Positions 51,137-60,695 of a stretch of DNA of 64,000 bases are shown in pieces. The stretch's first letter is position 1, and each line of letters begins with the position of its first letter. Both the position numbers and the translations under genes were made by a program. Source of the stretch: an uncultured delta proteobacterium (GTDB lineage: Bacteria; Desulfobacterota; Desulfobacteria; Desulfobacterales; B30-G6); assembly GCA_963823335.1 (NCBI GenBank), contig CAWGLD010000005.1, positions 434,831 to 498,830 of the forward strand, in the 5' to 3' direction. Under the pieces are notes generated by a model, which was not told the origin of the DNA, did no database searches, and worked only from the letters and a program-made list of their open reading frames with translations.

Positions 51137-52318
51137 ATGGAGTTGCAAATGCAAGTGCCATTTCTTGATTTAAAGGTGCAGTACCGGCAAATAGAAAATG
51201 AAGTATTGCCCATGATCCAGGATGCCATGGCGAACGGTATGTTCATCGGTGGGCCACAGGTTTCCGGCTTCGAGGAAGAATTCGCAGCTTTCTGCGACAC
51301 CCGATTCTGCGCCGGCGTCAACTCCGGCACCGACGCCCTGCGGTTTGCCCTCATGGCGCTGGGAATAGGACCGGGAGACGCCGTCATCACCGTGCCCAAC
51401 ACCTTCATCGCCACCACCGAGGCCATATCTCAAGTCGGCGCCAAACCCGTGTTCGTGGACATCGACCCTCATACCTGCAACATGGACCACAATATGCTCG
51501 AAGCGTGCTTCGAGGGGCAGGCACAAGGCGCAAGGCACAAGGATCGTCTCACGTCTCACACCTCACATCTCACGACCAGGCCCAAGGCAGTGATGCCAGT
51601 CCATTTGTATGGTCAGCCGGCGGATATGGACCCAATCCTTGGCTTCGCTGAAAAATTTGGTTTGAAGGTCATCGAAGATGCCTGCCAGGCTCACGGTGCC
51701 ACGTACAAGGGGCGAAAAGCCGGTTCCATGGGATCTGCCGGTTGTTTCAGTTTCTATCCGGGAAAAAATCTGGGCGCCTTCGGCGAAGGCGGGTGCCTGG
51801 TTACAACCGAGGAAAAGACATTGCCGTCACGATCAAGATGATCCGCGATCACGGTCAGGCCCAGAAATACTTTCACGACATGGAAGGTTACAACGGCCGC
51901 CTGGATGCCATACAGGCCGGGGTGCTGCGCATCAAGCTGAAAAGACTGGCGGCCTGGAATCAGAAACGACAGAGAAAATGCCAGGTATTATGACGCTTTG
52001 CTGGCGGATGTACCAGAGGTCACTGTGACCCATGAAGCGAAAGACAACGTCTCCGTGTATCACCTTTACGTCATCCAGGTGGATGATCGTGATGCACTGC
52101 AGCGGTTCTTGAGCGAAAAAGGGATTGCCACAGGCCTGCATTATCCATTGCCGTTACACCTGCAAAAGGCCTATGCGCACATGGGACATAAAAAAGGTGA
52201 TTTCCCGGTAACGGAACGAATCGCCGATCGCCTGCTCTCGCTGCCCATGTTCCCCGAGCTGACCCACGAACAGATGGATTACGTGGTCGATTCGATAAAA
52301 TCGTTTTTGGGAAGATGA
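51137..52318 (+). CDS. DegT/DnrJ/EryC1/StrS aminotransferase (WbpE/WlbC-like), two frameshifts near 51812 and 51972
   Basis: VPFLDLK, NSGTDAL, PVHLYGQ, EDACQAHG, SFYPGKNLGAFGEGG; RDHGQ..GYNGRLDAIQA; HYPLPLHLQ, LSLPMFP spread over three frames. Confidence 0.88.
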
Positions 52319-52346
52319 TTTATTATTTGGCGAGACAAGGCGCAAG

Positions 52347-52568
52347 CGCAGACAATTACTTGTCTTCGATCGAGGTCGAAGTAGAAATCTTGCTGCGAAG
52401 TATGCAACCGGTGTTTGGCACCATTATCACTAAACAGTTAGATTGAACATATGAAAGTAATGGCAGCTTGGAAGGCATAAAGAGAATAGGCAAGTATATT
52501 TTGCTCAAAGGGCATGATATGATCTTCGACCATGTCGGTCGAGGATTGTCTACGTTGTCTGCGGCAAA
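52347..52568. repeat. C(G)CAGAC-unit element (copy e, degenerate left arm)
   Basis: CGCAGACAATTAC..CTTCGATCGAGGTCGAAG ... TCTTCGACC-ATGTC-GGTCGAGGA.TGTCTACGTTGTCTGCGGCAAA. Confidence 0.75.
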
Positions 52569-52611
52569 TATCGCCCAACACCTTACGCTCTCACAATTAA
52601 GGAGAACTTTT

Positions 52612-53622
52612 ATGATCAATATCGGACTTATCGGATACGGCTACTGGGGACCCAACCTGGCCCGCAACTTCAACAACAACCCGGACTTCAACCTCAAGGC
52701 CATCTGCGACTTTTCAGAAGACCGCGTCAAACGCGCCGCAACCTTCTACCACCAGGCAACCGTCACAGACAACGCCGACGATCTTTTCAACGGCCTGGAC
52801 CTGGATGCCATCGCCATTGCCACGCCGGTGTCCACCCATTTCGACCTGGCCCACAAGGCCTTGTCTGCCGGTAAACACGTCTGGCTCGAAAAACCCATGA
52901 CAGAAAGCGTTGAACAGGCCGAGCAGCTCATCGACCTGGCAGACAGGAAGAACCTCAAACTGCTCATCGACCACACCCTGGTCTATACGGGATCGATCAT
53001 CAAGGTCAAGGAACTCGTGGACAAAGGCGACCTGGGCGATCTGATGTATTACGACTCCACCCGTCTCAACCTGGGATTGTTCCAGCAGGATGTGGATGTC
53101 ATCTGGGACTTGGCACCCCACGATTTGTCGGTCATGGATTATCTGATGCCCTATAAAAAAATGGCCGTGTCCGCAACAGGCTCCAGCTACTACGGCAAAA
53201 ATATTGTACCCAAGGCCATGTTGACGATTTATATGGAAAATGAGGTCATTGCCCACATCAACACCAGCTGGGTGTCACCGGTCAAGGTGAGGCAGACCAT
53301 GATCGGCGGTACGTCGAAGATGGTGCTGTTCGACGACAACGAACCCAGTGAAAAGATCAAGATATACGACAAAGGCGTCAACCTGTTCGACACCAAGGAA
53401 GCCCTTTACAAGTTGAAGGTGCAGTACAGGGTAGGGGACATGTATGCACCCCGGCTCAGCACAAGGGAAGCGCTGGCCCTCGAAACCGAACACTTTGCCG
53501 ACTGCATCCTGAACGGCGCTGAGCCCATCACCGGCGGCAGGACAGGCTTGGAAGTCGTCAAAGTCCTGGTGGCCTCAAAAAAATCACTCAAGCTCAAGGG
53601 GGCGCCAATCGAGCTTGAATGA
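52612..53622 (+). CDS. Gfo/Idh/MocA oxidoreductase (WbpB/WlbA-like)
   Basis: IGYGYWGPNLARN, IATP, HVWLEKP, WDLAPHD; ATG after AAGGAG. Confidence 0.88.
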   Translation: MINIGLIGYGYWGPNLARNFNNNPDFNLKAICDFSEDRVKRAATFYHQATVTDNADDLFNGLDLDAIAIATPVSTHFDLAHKALSAGKHVWLEKPMTESVEQAEQLIDLADRKNLKLLIDHTLVYTGSIIKVKELVDKGDLGDLMYYDSTRLNLGLFQQDVDVIWDLAPHDLSVMDYLMPYKKMAVSATGSSYYGKNIVPKAMLTIYMENEVIAHINTSWVSPVKVRQTMIGGTSKMVLFDDNEPSEKIKIYDKGVNLFDTKEALYKLKVQYRVGDMYAPRLSTREALALETEHFADCILNGAEPITGGRTGLEVVKVLVASKKSLKLKGAPIELE

Positions 53623-53624
53623 CG

Positions 53625-54167
53625 GTGTAAGGTGTAGGGTATAAGGTTATTAGGTAAATAATGGTGTTAGGTTTATGATGGGGTTCGCAGTAAAAGGCTT
53701 AGTGGGGAGCGCATAAGGTGATTGTTCAAAAATTGAAAACAAGAGTGAATAGGATTAAGATTGGGTAAGTTTCAGGAATTGAATGTATGGAAGCGAGCTA
53801 AAGACCTAGCAGTTTACACTTATAAAATATCGGATGAAGGAAGATTCGCAAAAGACTTTGGTTTAAGGGATCAAATGAGGCGAGCGGCTGTGTCAATCTC
53901 CAGCAATATCGCTGAAGGCGATGAGCTCGATACAAATAAACAAGCGATCAGATTTTTTTATATCGCAAAAGGTTCAGCCGCTGAATTACGATCACAGGCC
54001 ATTATCGCAGCGGAAATCGGTTACCTTAAAGATGAGAATTACAACCATATTGAAGAAGAATGTAAAATAATATCCGGTATGCTCGGTAGCCTTATCAAGG
54101 CAAGAGCAAAACATAACTGACAACCCACCAACAAATCCATACACCATATATCTTATACCCTATACCT
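53625..54167. repeat. Inverted heptamer arrays bracketing the four-helix-bundle gene
   Basis: Left GGTGTAA GGTGTAG GGTATAA GG (53625-53647); right CCATACA CCATATA TCTTATA CCCTATA CC (54138-54166). Confidence 0.75.
53761..54120 (+). CDS. Four-helix-bundle protein (23S rRNA IVP / TIGR02436-type family)
   Basis: FQELNVWKRA, FGLRDQMRRAAVSISSNIAEG, IAKGSAAELRSQ. Confidence 0.92.
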   Translation: MGKFQELNVWKRAKDLAVYTYKISDEGRFAKDFGLRDQMRRAAVSISSNIAEGDELDTNKQAIRFFYIAKGSAAELRSQAIIAAEIGYLKDENYNHIEEECKIISGMLGSLIKARAKHN

Positions 54168-54641
54168 ATGACCCCTTTAAAAAAAATATCTGAAGATGTA
54201 AAACTTGGTGAGAACGTTACGATTCAGGAATTTACGAATTTATACGGCTGCACCATCGACGATGACACCCGTATTGGCCCCTTTGTCGAGATCCAGAAAA
54301 ACGCCCACATCGGCAAACGTTGCAAGATCCAGAGTCACACCTTTATCTGCGAAGGCGTCACCATCGAAGACGATGCATTTATCGGCCACGGTGTCATGTT
54401 CATCAACGACAAATACCCCGGTTCCGTAAACGAAGCCGGCGAGCTCCAGACCGAAGCCGACTGGGTAGTGGTCCCCACGGTGGTGCAAAAGGGTGTCTCC
54501 ATCGGCTCCAATGCCACCATCATGTGTGGCATCACCATTGGAGCGAAAGCCATCATCGGTGCCGGCAGCGTGGTCACCAAGGATGTTCCGTCTAAAGCCA
54601 TTGTCGCTGGGAATCCGGCGAAGGTTATCCGTAAGATCTAA
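54168..54641 (+). CDS. Hexapeptide-repeat N-acetyltransferase (WbpD/WlbB-like)
   Basis: NLYGC.I, IGPFVEIQKN, GHGVMFIND, IGAGSVVTKDV, GNPA. Confidence 0.9.
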   Translation: MTPLKKISEDVKLGENVTIQEFTNLYGCTIDDDTRIGPFVEIQKNAHIGKRCKIQSHTFICEGVTIEDDAFIGHGVMFINDKYPGSVNEAGELQTEADWVVVPTVVQKGVSIGSNATIMCGITIGAKAIIGAGSVVTKDVPSKAIVAGNPAKVIRKI

Positions 54642-54644
54642 TTT

Positions 54645-55019
54645 TTTGCCGCAGACACACGCAGACATCCACGGACATTATCTCTGTCGACTTGACAGAG
54701 ATAATACTTCCATGCCCTTCGGGCATATACTTCACACTTAAACAATCTCTCTGGAAAGACGGTTAATATCTGAACCGAAAAAGCGAGCGCATTCCCCTTC
54801 ACTTCGTGAATGAAGGTATTTTCAAATAATAGTTACAACATGATACGCCAATGTTTCCAGATCGCTATTACCTTAGTTGAGGTTTTTGTAACGCAATATG
54901 AATGCGTTTTAGAGTATTAAAATAATATTTAAGTCAAAAGTGGATTTTATGCCAGAAGGGCATGATAGTTGATCTTCGGCCATGTCGGCCGAAGATTGTC
55001 TGCGTTCGTCTGCGGCAAA
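54645..55019. repeat. C(G)CAGAC-unit element (copy f)
   Basis: TTTGCCGCAGAC..ATTATCTCTGTC-GACTT-GACAGAGATAAT..ATGCCC-TTC-GGGCAT ... ATCTTCGGCC-ATGTC-GGCCGAAGAT..GTCTGCGGCAAA. Confidence 0.88.
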
Positions 55020-55035
55020 ATATAAATGAACCATC

Positions 55036-55500
55036 ATGCGTGATTCTTCAGCTAAACATGAGATGAACATTAACGACGTCACTTATAAAATCAATGGAGC
55101 CATATTTGAAGTCAATCGTGTTCTTGGGTCTGGTTTTATGGAGAAAGTATATGAAAATGCACTGCTTATCGAATTACGGAAACTCGATCTGAGAGCAGAA
55201 AATCAGGTTCCTGTTGATGTAACATACAAAGGCCAAAACGTAGGGGAGTATGTAGTTGATATTTTGATTGAAGATAAGGTCATTGTTGAGCTCAAGGCCG
55301 TTGAAAAGCTGACAAAGCTGCATGAAGCACAATTACTGAACTACCTGAAAGCAACCGACATCAAAGTTGGATTATTGGTTAATTTCCACGGGAAAAAAGC
55401 AAATATCAAGCGAATGGTTTTCAATATGCCCGCAGGGCATGGGAGTGAATCTTCGGCCAGGTCGGCCGAAGATTGTCTGCGTCCGTCTGCGGCAAAATAA
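55036..55500 (+). CDS. GxxExxY protein (PD-(D/E)xK-like), C-terminus extended by a repeat arm
   Basis: LGSGFMEKVYENAL, DILIEDKVIVELK, HEAQLLNYLKAT, GLLVNF. Confidence 0.92.
   Translation: MRDSSAKHEMNINDVTYKINGAIFEVNRVLGSGFMEKVYENALLIELRKLDLRAENQVPVDVTYKGQNVGEYVVDILIEDKVIVELKAVEKLTKLHEAQLLNYLKATDIKVGLLVNFHGKKANIKRMVFNMPAGHGSESSARSAEDCLRPSAAK
55426..55496. repeat. Right arm only (copy g), inside the GxxExxY 3' end
   Basis: ATGCCC-GCA-GGGCAT..AATCTTCGGCC-AGGTC-GGCCGAAGATT-GTCTGCGTCCGTCTGCGGCAAA. Confidence 0.88.
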
Positions 55501-55506
55501 AAATAA

Positions 55507-56367
55507 ATGAAAAACAACTATTCCAGAATAACGATATTCATCATCCTATGCCTCTTATCAGGCGTCATCTTTTATCGTGAAGCCCTAACCCAAGTCTTCA
55601 CCACCGTAATCCACAGGGATGGAAGCTCCCACGGTATCTTTGTCCCATTTCTGTCCATCTACTTTCTGTGGTTCAAATTCGACACCCTGAAGACCATCGA
55701 CCTCAAAACCGATCCCCGGGGCGTGGGTCTCATGCTGGTGGGATTGTTTTTTGCGGTGTTCAATATAGGCACCTTTCACATCCGGTTCATCGCCTACATC
55801 CTGGTCATCGCCGGGCTTGTCATGCTCATACTGGGGAGAGACATGTTCAAGCATACGGCATTTCCGTTGTTCTTTCTCATTGCAGCCGTTCCTATTCCCG
55901 AGACCCTTTACGAGACCCTGGCCAATTACTCGCGTCACATTGCCTTCGGCGGATCCCTCAAGATCATTTCCTTTTTAGGTATTCCATATTTCAAAGAAGG
56001 GTGGCTGATTCATCTGCACAATGCCTTACTCGAGGTCGCCATTTCCTGCAGCGGCATCCGCTATCTCATCTCCTATTTCGTTTTCGGGATCGCGTATGCC
56101 TACATAACCAGAGAGAACAACTGGAAACGGGCTTTGATCGTGCTGCTGACTATTCCCATATCGCACCTTGCCAGTATCGGGCGGCTGACGATCATTTTTT
56201 TCATGACGCACCATTTTGGCCCATTTTGGTCCCAACACAAACCGCACGTTTTTCTCAGTTGGTGTGTCTTCGCCGTTATCCTTCTGGGTGCCATCGCCAT
56301 CGATCAATATTTCATAAATCGCTCGGAAAACAGGGAACTGGGAAACCTGGAGACTGGGACCAGTTAA
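55507..56367 (+). CDS. Exosortase (EpsH/XrtA-like)
   Basis: SHGIFVP, AVPIP, EVAISCSGIR (Cys), SIGR (Arg), PH (His); multi-TM. Confidence 0.88.
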   Translation: MKNNYSRITIFIILCLLSGVIFYREALTQVFTTVIHRDGSSHGIFVPFLSIYFLWFKFDTLKTIDLKTDPRGVGLMLVGLFFAVFNIGTFHIRFIAYILVIAGLVMLILGRDMFKHTAFPLFFLIAAVPIPETLYETLANYSRHIAFGGSLKIISFLGIPYFKEGWLIHLHNALLEVAISCSGIRYLISYFVFGIAYAYITRENNWKRALIVLLTIPISHLASIGRLTIIFFMTHHFGPFWSQHKPHVFLSWCVFAVILLGAIAIDQYFINRSENRELGNLETGTS

Positions 56368-56381
56368 TAACAAAATTATTT

Positions 56382-56665
56382 TTAGCCACAGACCCACACG
56401 AACCCTCACAGACATTTTATTTATTTCTTCGATCGACTTGATCGAAGAAAAACAATCATCATTATCGCGAAATTTTTCGAGTCTTATAACAAGCTTGTGA
56501 AATACATATAATTCGAATTTTTCAAAATATATCTTCAGAGTGATAAATGTATTCAAAATGCCCGAAGGGCATTGATGGTAATCATCGATCAAGTCGATCG
56601 AAGATTGTCTGTGTCGGTCCGTGCACCCCTCAAGGGGGTGTTATACAGAATGTGTCCGTGGCCAA
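56382..56665. repeat. CACAGAC-unit element (copy h, complete)
   Basis: TTAGCCACAGAC ... TGCCC-GAA-GGGCA ... GTCCGTGGCCAA. Confidence 0.9.
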
Positions 56666-56730
56666 ATAAAAAAGACACGGTTAAACACGTTGTCCTTCAA
56701 TTTATCATGACTGGTCGTAATCATAAAAGA

Positions 56731-57714
56731 ATGAATATTTTAGTCGTCGGTGGGGCAGGGTATATTGGATCGCACATGTGCAAGTGTCTGGCACAGGCAG
56801 GCTACACACCCATAGTCCTGGACAGTCTGGTCTATGGCCATCGTCAGGCAGTCCAGTGGGGACCCTTTGTCAAAGGATCCTTAGACGATGCCGATGTCTT
56901 AAAACACCTGTTCAGAACCTATGACATTGCAGCGGTGATGCATTTTGCCGCCTTCACCTATGTGGGTGAGTCCGTCCAGAACCCGGCCATTTATTACCAG
57001 AACAACGTCGCCGCGACCCTGTCCCTGCTCAATGCCATGGTCGAAGCAGAGGTAAAGAAGTTCATCTTTTCATCGTCCTGCGCCGTCTACGGCGAACCCA
57101 TGCAGATACCCATCAGCGAAGAGCACCCTCTGAACCCCATCAGCCCCTACGGAAGAACCAAGCGCATGGTGGAAGAGATCCTGGCGGATTTCGGAAAGGC
57201 CTATGGGATGTCATCGGTGGCGCTCCGCTATTTCAATGCCGCCGGCGCAGATCCGGACGGCCAACTGGGCGAAGATCACGACCCTGAAACCCATCTCATC
57301 CCATTGGTGCTGCAGGTTGCGCTGGGTCAAAAAGAAGATGTCAAAGTATTCGGCAACGATTACCAGACAGACGACGGCACCTGCATCCGGGACTATATCC
57401 ACATCAACGATCTTGCCTCGGCACATCTGCTTGCCTTGGAGAAACTTCTAAATGGTGATCCCGGCGGAAATTTCAATTTAGGAAACGGCAGTGGCTATTC
57501 CGTCATGGAGGTCATCGACAAAGCCCGCGAAATAACCGGCAAGCCGATACCCTTTGAGATAACACAGCGGCGTCAAGGGGACCCAGCGGTTCTGGTCGGG
57601 TCCAGCAATAAGGCCGTGAGCGAATTGGGCTGGAAACCGCAGTATGCCGAGCTCGACACGATCATCGAACACGCATGGCGCTGGCACAAAACGCACCCGA
57701 ATGGATACACATAG
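56731..57714 (+). CDS. galE: UDP-glucose 4-epimerase
   Basis: GGAGYIGSH, HFAA, SSSCAVYG, YGRTK, LRYFNAAG, GTCIRDYIH. Confidence 0.95.
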   Translation: MNILVVGGAGYIGSHMCKCLAQAGYTPIVLDSLVYGHRQAVQWGPFVKGSLDDADVLKHLFRTYDIAAVMHFAAFTYVGESVQNPAIYYQNNVAATLSLLNAMVEAEVKKFIFSSSCAVYGEPMQIPISEEHPLNPISPYGRTKRMVEEILADFGKAYGMSSVALRYFNAAGADPDGQLGEDHDPETHLIPLVLQVALGQKEDVKVFGNDYQTDDGTCIRDYIHINDLASAHLLALEKLLNGDPGGNFNLGNGSGYSVMEVIDKAREITGKPIPFEITQRRQGDPAVLVGSSNKAVSELGWKPQYAELDTIIEHAWRWHKTHPNGYT

Positions 57715-57745
57715 CTGAAAGGTCGTAGCTGATAGGAAAATCAAT

Positions 57746-58026
57746 TTAGCCACGGACACACACGGACATTCACAGACATTTTATTTATTTCTTCGATCGA
57801 CCTGATCGAAGAAAACCAATCTTCGCTATCGCGAAATAACAAAATCATTGATTGATCTTATGAATACAAAATATCTCAAATATGCCAGGGTATTATTTTG
57901 AAATGATAAAAAGAAAATTGCCCATAGGGCATGGTAGTATTTTCTCTGCCATGTCGGCAGAGGAAATGTCTGTGTCGGTCCGTGTACCCCTCAAAGGGGT
58001 ATTAAACTGAATGTGTCCGTGGCAAA
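57746..58026. repeat. CACAGAC-unit element (copy i, complete)
   Basis: TTAGCCACGGAC ... TTTTCTCTGCC-ATGTC-GGCAGAGGAAA ... GTCCGTGGCAAA. Confidence 0.9.
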
Positions 58027-58049
58027 AGAATAATAAACTGTGTAACTAA

Positions 58050-58424
58050 ATGTCGAAAACAATTCAATTAGAAGAACTTACATACAAGATAAACGGTGCT
58101 ATATATGAAGTGAACAAAGTACTCGGGTCAGGCTTCCTCGAAAAAGTATACGAAAATGCGCTATTCCATGAACTGAATAATCGAGGCATCAATGCAATAT
58201 GCCAAGTTCCAGTCACCGTTGAATACAAGAAGGTGTCTGTCGGAGAATATATAGCAGATATGATTATTGAGGATTCGGTTCTCATAGAAATCAAAGCTAT
58301 AGAGGCATTACAAAAAGTTCATGAAGCACAAATCTTGAATTATTTGAAGGCGACAGGGTATAAAGTCGGTCTTCTGGTGAATTTCACACACCCCAAAGCT
58401 GTTATAAAAAGGTTTGTATTGTAG
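58050..58424 (+). CDS. GxxExxY protein (PD-(D/E)xK-like)
   Basis: LGSGFLEKVYENAL, DMIIEDSVLIEIK, HEAQILNYLKATG, GLLVNF. Confidence 0.93.
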   Translation: MSKTIQLEELTYKINGAIYEVNKVLGSGFLEKVYENALFHELNNRGINAICQVPVTVEYKKVSVGEYIADMIIEDSVLIEIKAIEALQKVHEAQILNYLKATGYKVGLLVNFTHPKAVIKRFVL

Positions 58425-58432
58425 ATTATTTA

Positions 58433-58686
58433 TTAGCCACAGACCCACACGGACATTCACAGACATTTTATTTATTTCTTCGATCGACCTGATCGAAGAA
58501 AACCAATCCTCGCTATCGCGAAATTACCCAGGCCGTTCAGTACGGCTATGAATTAAAAAACTATCAAATATGCCGGAATATTTTATTGAAATGATAAATG
58601 AAAAATTGCCCGCAGGGCATGGATGGTAATCATCGATCAAGTCGATCGATGATTGTCTGTGTCAGTCCGTGTGTGTCCGTGGCAAA
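58433..58686. repeat. CACAGAC-unit element (copy j, complete)
   Basis: TTAGCCACAGAC..TTCTTCGATC-GACCT-GATCGAAGAA ... TGCCC-GCA-GGGCA..AATCATCGATC-AAGTC-GATCGATGATT..GTCCGTGGCAAA. Confidence 0.92.
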
Positions 58687-58714
58687 TAATAATAAGAGTT
58701 GATAAAGGTCTATC

Positions 58715-59122
58715 ATGAGAGTTCTCAAAACTGAAGACATCATTTGCGTTACAAGTAAATACCTGGAAAACAGGGACGATATAACATTTGCCTATCTATT
58801 TGGTAGTTACGCCAAAGGGAATCAGACGCATCTGAGTGACATCGACATAGCCGTATACATGAAATATGATAACCAGGTATTTGAAAAAAAGCTGCAAGTT
58901 CTCAGCGACTTGACAAAAATATTGGAGACAGACGATATTGATCTTGTAATTCTAAACAAGGCGCCCATCTCGCTGTTGACCAAAATACTGGCAAGTAAAG
59001 CTGTATTGATAGACAAGGACCCCCCTGTACGGCATACGTTTGAATCGCTGAAAATGAGAATGGGTTTTGATTTTTCCTTTTTAGAGAAACGAATTTTGGA
59101 ACAGAGGTTCTTAAATGGTTGA
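58715..59122 (+). CDS. MNT nucleotidyltransferase (MntA-type antitoxin of HEPN-MNT TA)
   Basis: AYLFGSYAKG, SDIDIAV, IDLVILN. Confidence 0.9.
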   Translation: MRVLKTEDIICVTSKYLENRDDITFAYLFGSYAKGNQTHLSDIDIAVYMKYDNQVFEKKLQVLSDLTKILETDDIDLVILNKAPISLLTKILASKAVLIDKDPPVRHTFESLKMRMGFDFSFLEKRILEQRFLNG

Positions 59123-59236
59123 CCGGACCCTTATATTGCGGAAACTGTCTGCACTTGAAGAATATTATGAGCAGAATGATTTTTTAAAATTAAAGATGCC
59201 ATCGTGAAACTCATTAAAAAAGAAGGTCAAAATTAG
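59115..59236 (+). pseudogene. Internally deleted HEPN/DUF86 toxin
   Basis: MVDRTLILRKLSALEEYYEQ (typical DUF86 start, overlapping the MNT stop) joined to a C-terminal-like FKIKDAIVKLIKK; no RxxxxH motif. Confidence 0.65.
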
Positions 59237-59251
59237 TGAAGTTGTATTTAA

Positions 59252-59578
59252 CTCACCACAGAGACATTCACTCAGTGGAATACCACTAAAGTGGCCCTCC
59301 TTTGGAGGATTCCACCGGGCAGGAAGAATGCAGAGATGTAATATTTAATCCTTGCCGGGAGATACCGGCAAGGATTAACCAATCTGACTTTCAGGCAATA
59401 AACTATCATTTTGCAATAATCTTAGTTCTTGAGGCATAAATTTCATACCCATGCAGAATATGAAATGTCGTCGAAGGATGTAAATTGCGCAGCGATTTTG
59501 ATAGTGGTTTTTATCGATCGGTATCTCCCGATCGATAAAAAAAGGTCTTCTCTGTGCTCTCTGTTTCTCTGTGGTGAG
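59252..59578. repeat. CACAGAG-unit inverted-arm element (sibling family, complete)
   Basis: CTCACCACAGAG ... TTAATCCTTGCCGG-GAGATA-CCGGCAAGGATTAA ... TTTTTATCGATCGG-TATCTC-CCGATCGATAAAAA ... CTCTGTGGTGAG. Confidence 0.88.
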
Positions 59579-59614
59579 GAAAAATAAATCCTGTAAATCC
59601 TGTCGAATAAGAAA

Positions 59615-60648
59615 ATGCCCGATATACAGATTATAAATCCAATCAAGCACCCTGATTGGGACGCACTACTGGCCACCAATCCAGGAGCCACCTTTTTTCA
59701 TACTTCCGGATGGTGCCGGGTTCTCGCAGAAAGCTACGGCTACAAGCCCCTGTACTTCACGCAGATCGACAACGGCAAGCTGACAGGCCTGCTGGCAGTC
59801 ATGGAGGTAAACAGCCTGCTGACCGGCAAACGGGGCGTGTCCCTGCCGTTTACCGATCACTGCCCGGTCATTGCAAAAGACAGACAAGCCTTCGACGCAT
59901 TGTTCGAATTTGCGGTCGGATTTGGATCGAAACATGGCTGGAAAAACCTGGGTCTTCGCGGGGGGCTTTTTTTTTAAAGAATGAAAAACCTGATGAAACC
60001 TTTTTGACGCATGAGCTGAAGCTCAATTCCGATGAAAATATGTTGCTGGCAACTTTTCGAAGCAGCACCAGACGGAACATCAAAAAGGCCCAAAAAGAGG
60101 GAATTACGGTAAAGAAAAACAATTCCCTTGAAGCTGTCAAGGCTTTTTACCGCCTCAATTGTCTGACGCGAAAGGATCATGGTTTGCCGCCCCAGCCGAG
60201 TTCTTTCTTTGAGCACCTGCACGATCACGTCATCTCAAAAAAAAAAGGTTGGATTTTTCTGGCGCAATATGATGGAAAACCGATTGCCGGTGCCGTATTT
60301 GCTTTTTTCGATGAGCAGGCTATATACAAATATGGCGCATCTGACAAGACATGTCAAACGTTGCGACCCAACAATCTGGTGATGTGGGAAGCCATCAAGC
60401 ATTTTTCAAATAACGGCTGCAGAACATTCGATTTCGGACGCACAGACCTGGACCACAAAGGACTGCTGCAGTTCAAAAGAGGCTGGGGAACAAAGGAAGA
60501 CACCCTTCACTATTACAATTACGATCTGTCCAAAAAACAGTTTGTTACCAAGTACCCCAGAATCAAGACGTCCTATCCCATATTCAGAAACATGCCCATG
60601 CCACTGCTCAAGTTAGTCGGCAGGGTGCTTTACAAGCACATGGGGTAG
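59615..60648 (+). CDS. FemAB-like GNAT protein (EPS/PEP-CTERM-associated), frameshifted at G6-C-T9 (59960-59975)
   Basis: ATFFHTSGW, VSLPFTDHC in the first frame; RRNIKKA, YKYGAS, PNNLVMWEAI, FDFGRT, LLQFKRGWG in the second. Confidence 0.85.
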
Positions 60649-60695
60649 CAATATTTGTGAGATGCAAGACGTGAGACGTGGCGAATGGCCAAAAG

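Noticed and set aside
53761-54120. Four-helix-bundle gene as Avd of a diversity-generating retroelement
   Set aside because: No reverse transcriptase and no TR/VR pair with adenine-specific mismatches; the 61822/62921 duplicate differs by indels and non-A changes.
43684-56730. ORF 43684..43980 and the N-terminal extensions of ORFs starting at 44613, 52468 and 56572
   Set aside because: They are translations of repeat arms; better starts exist at 43787, 44709, 52612 and 56731.
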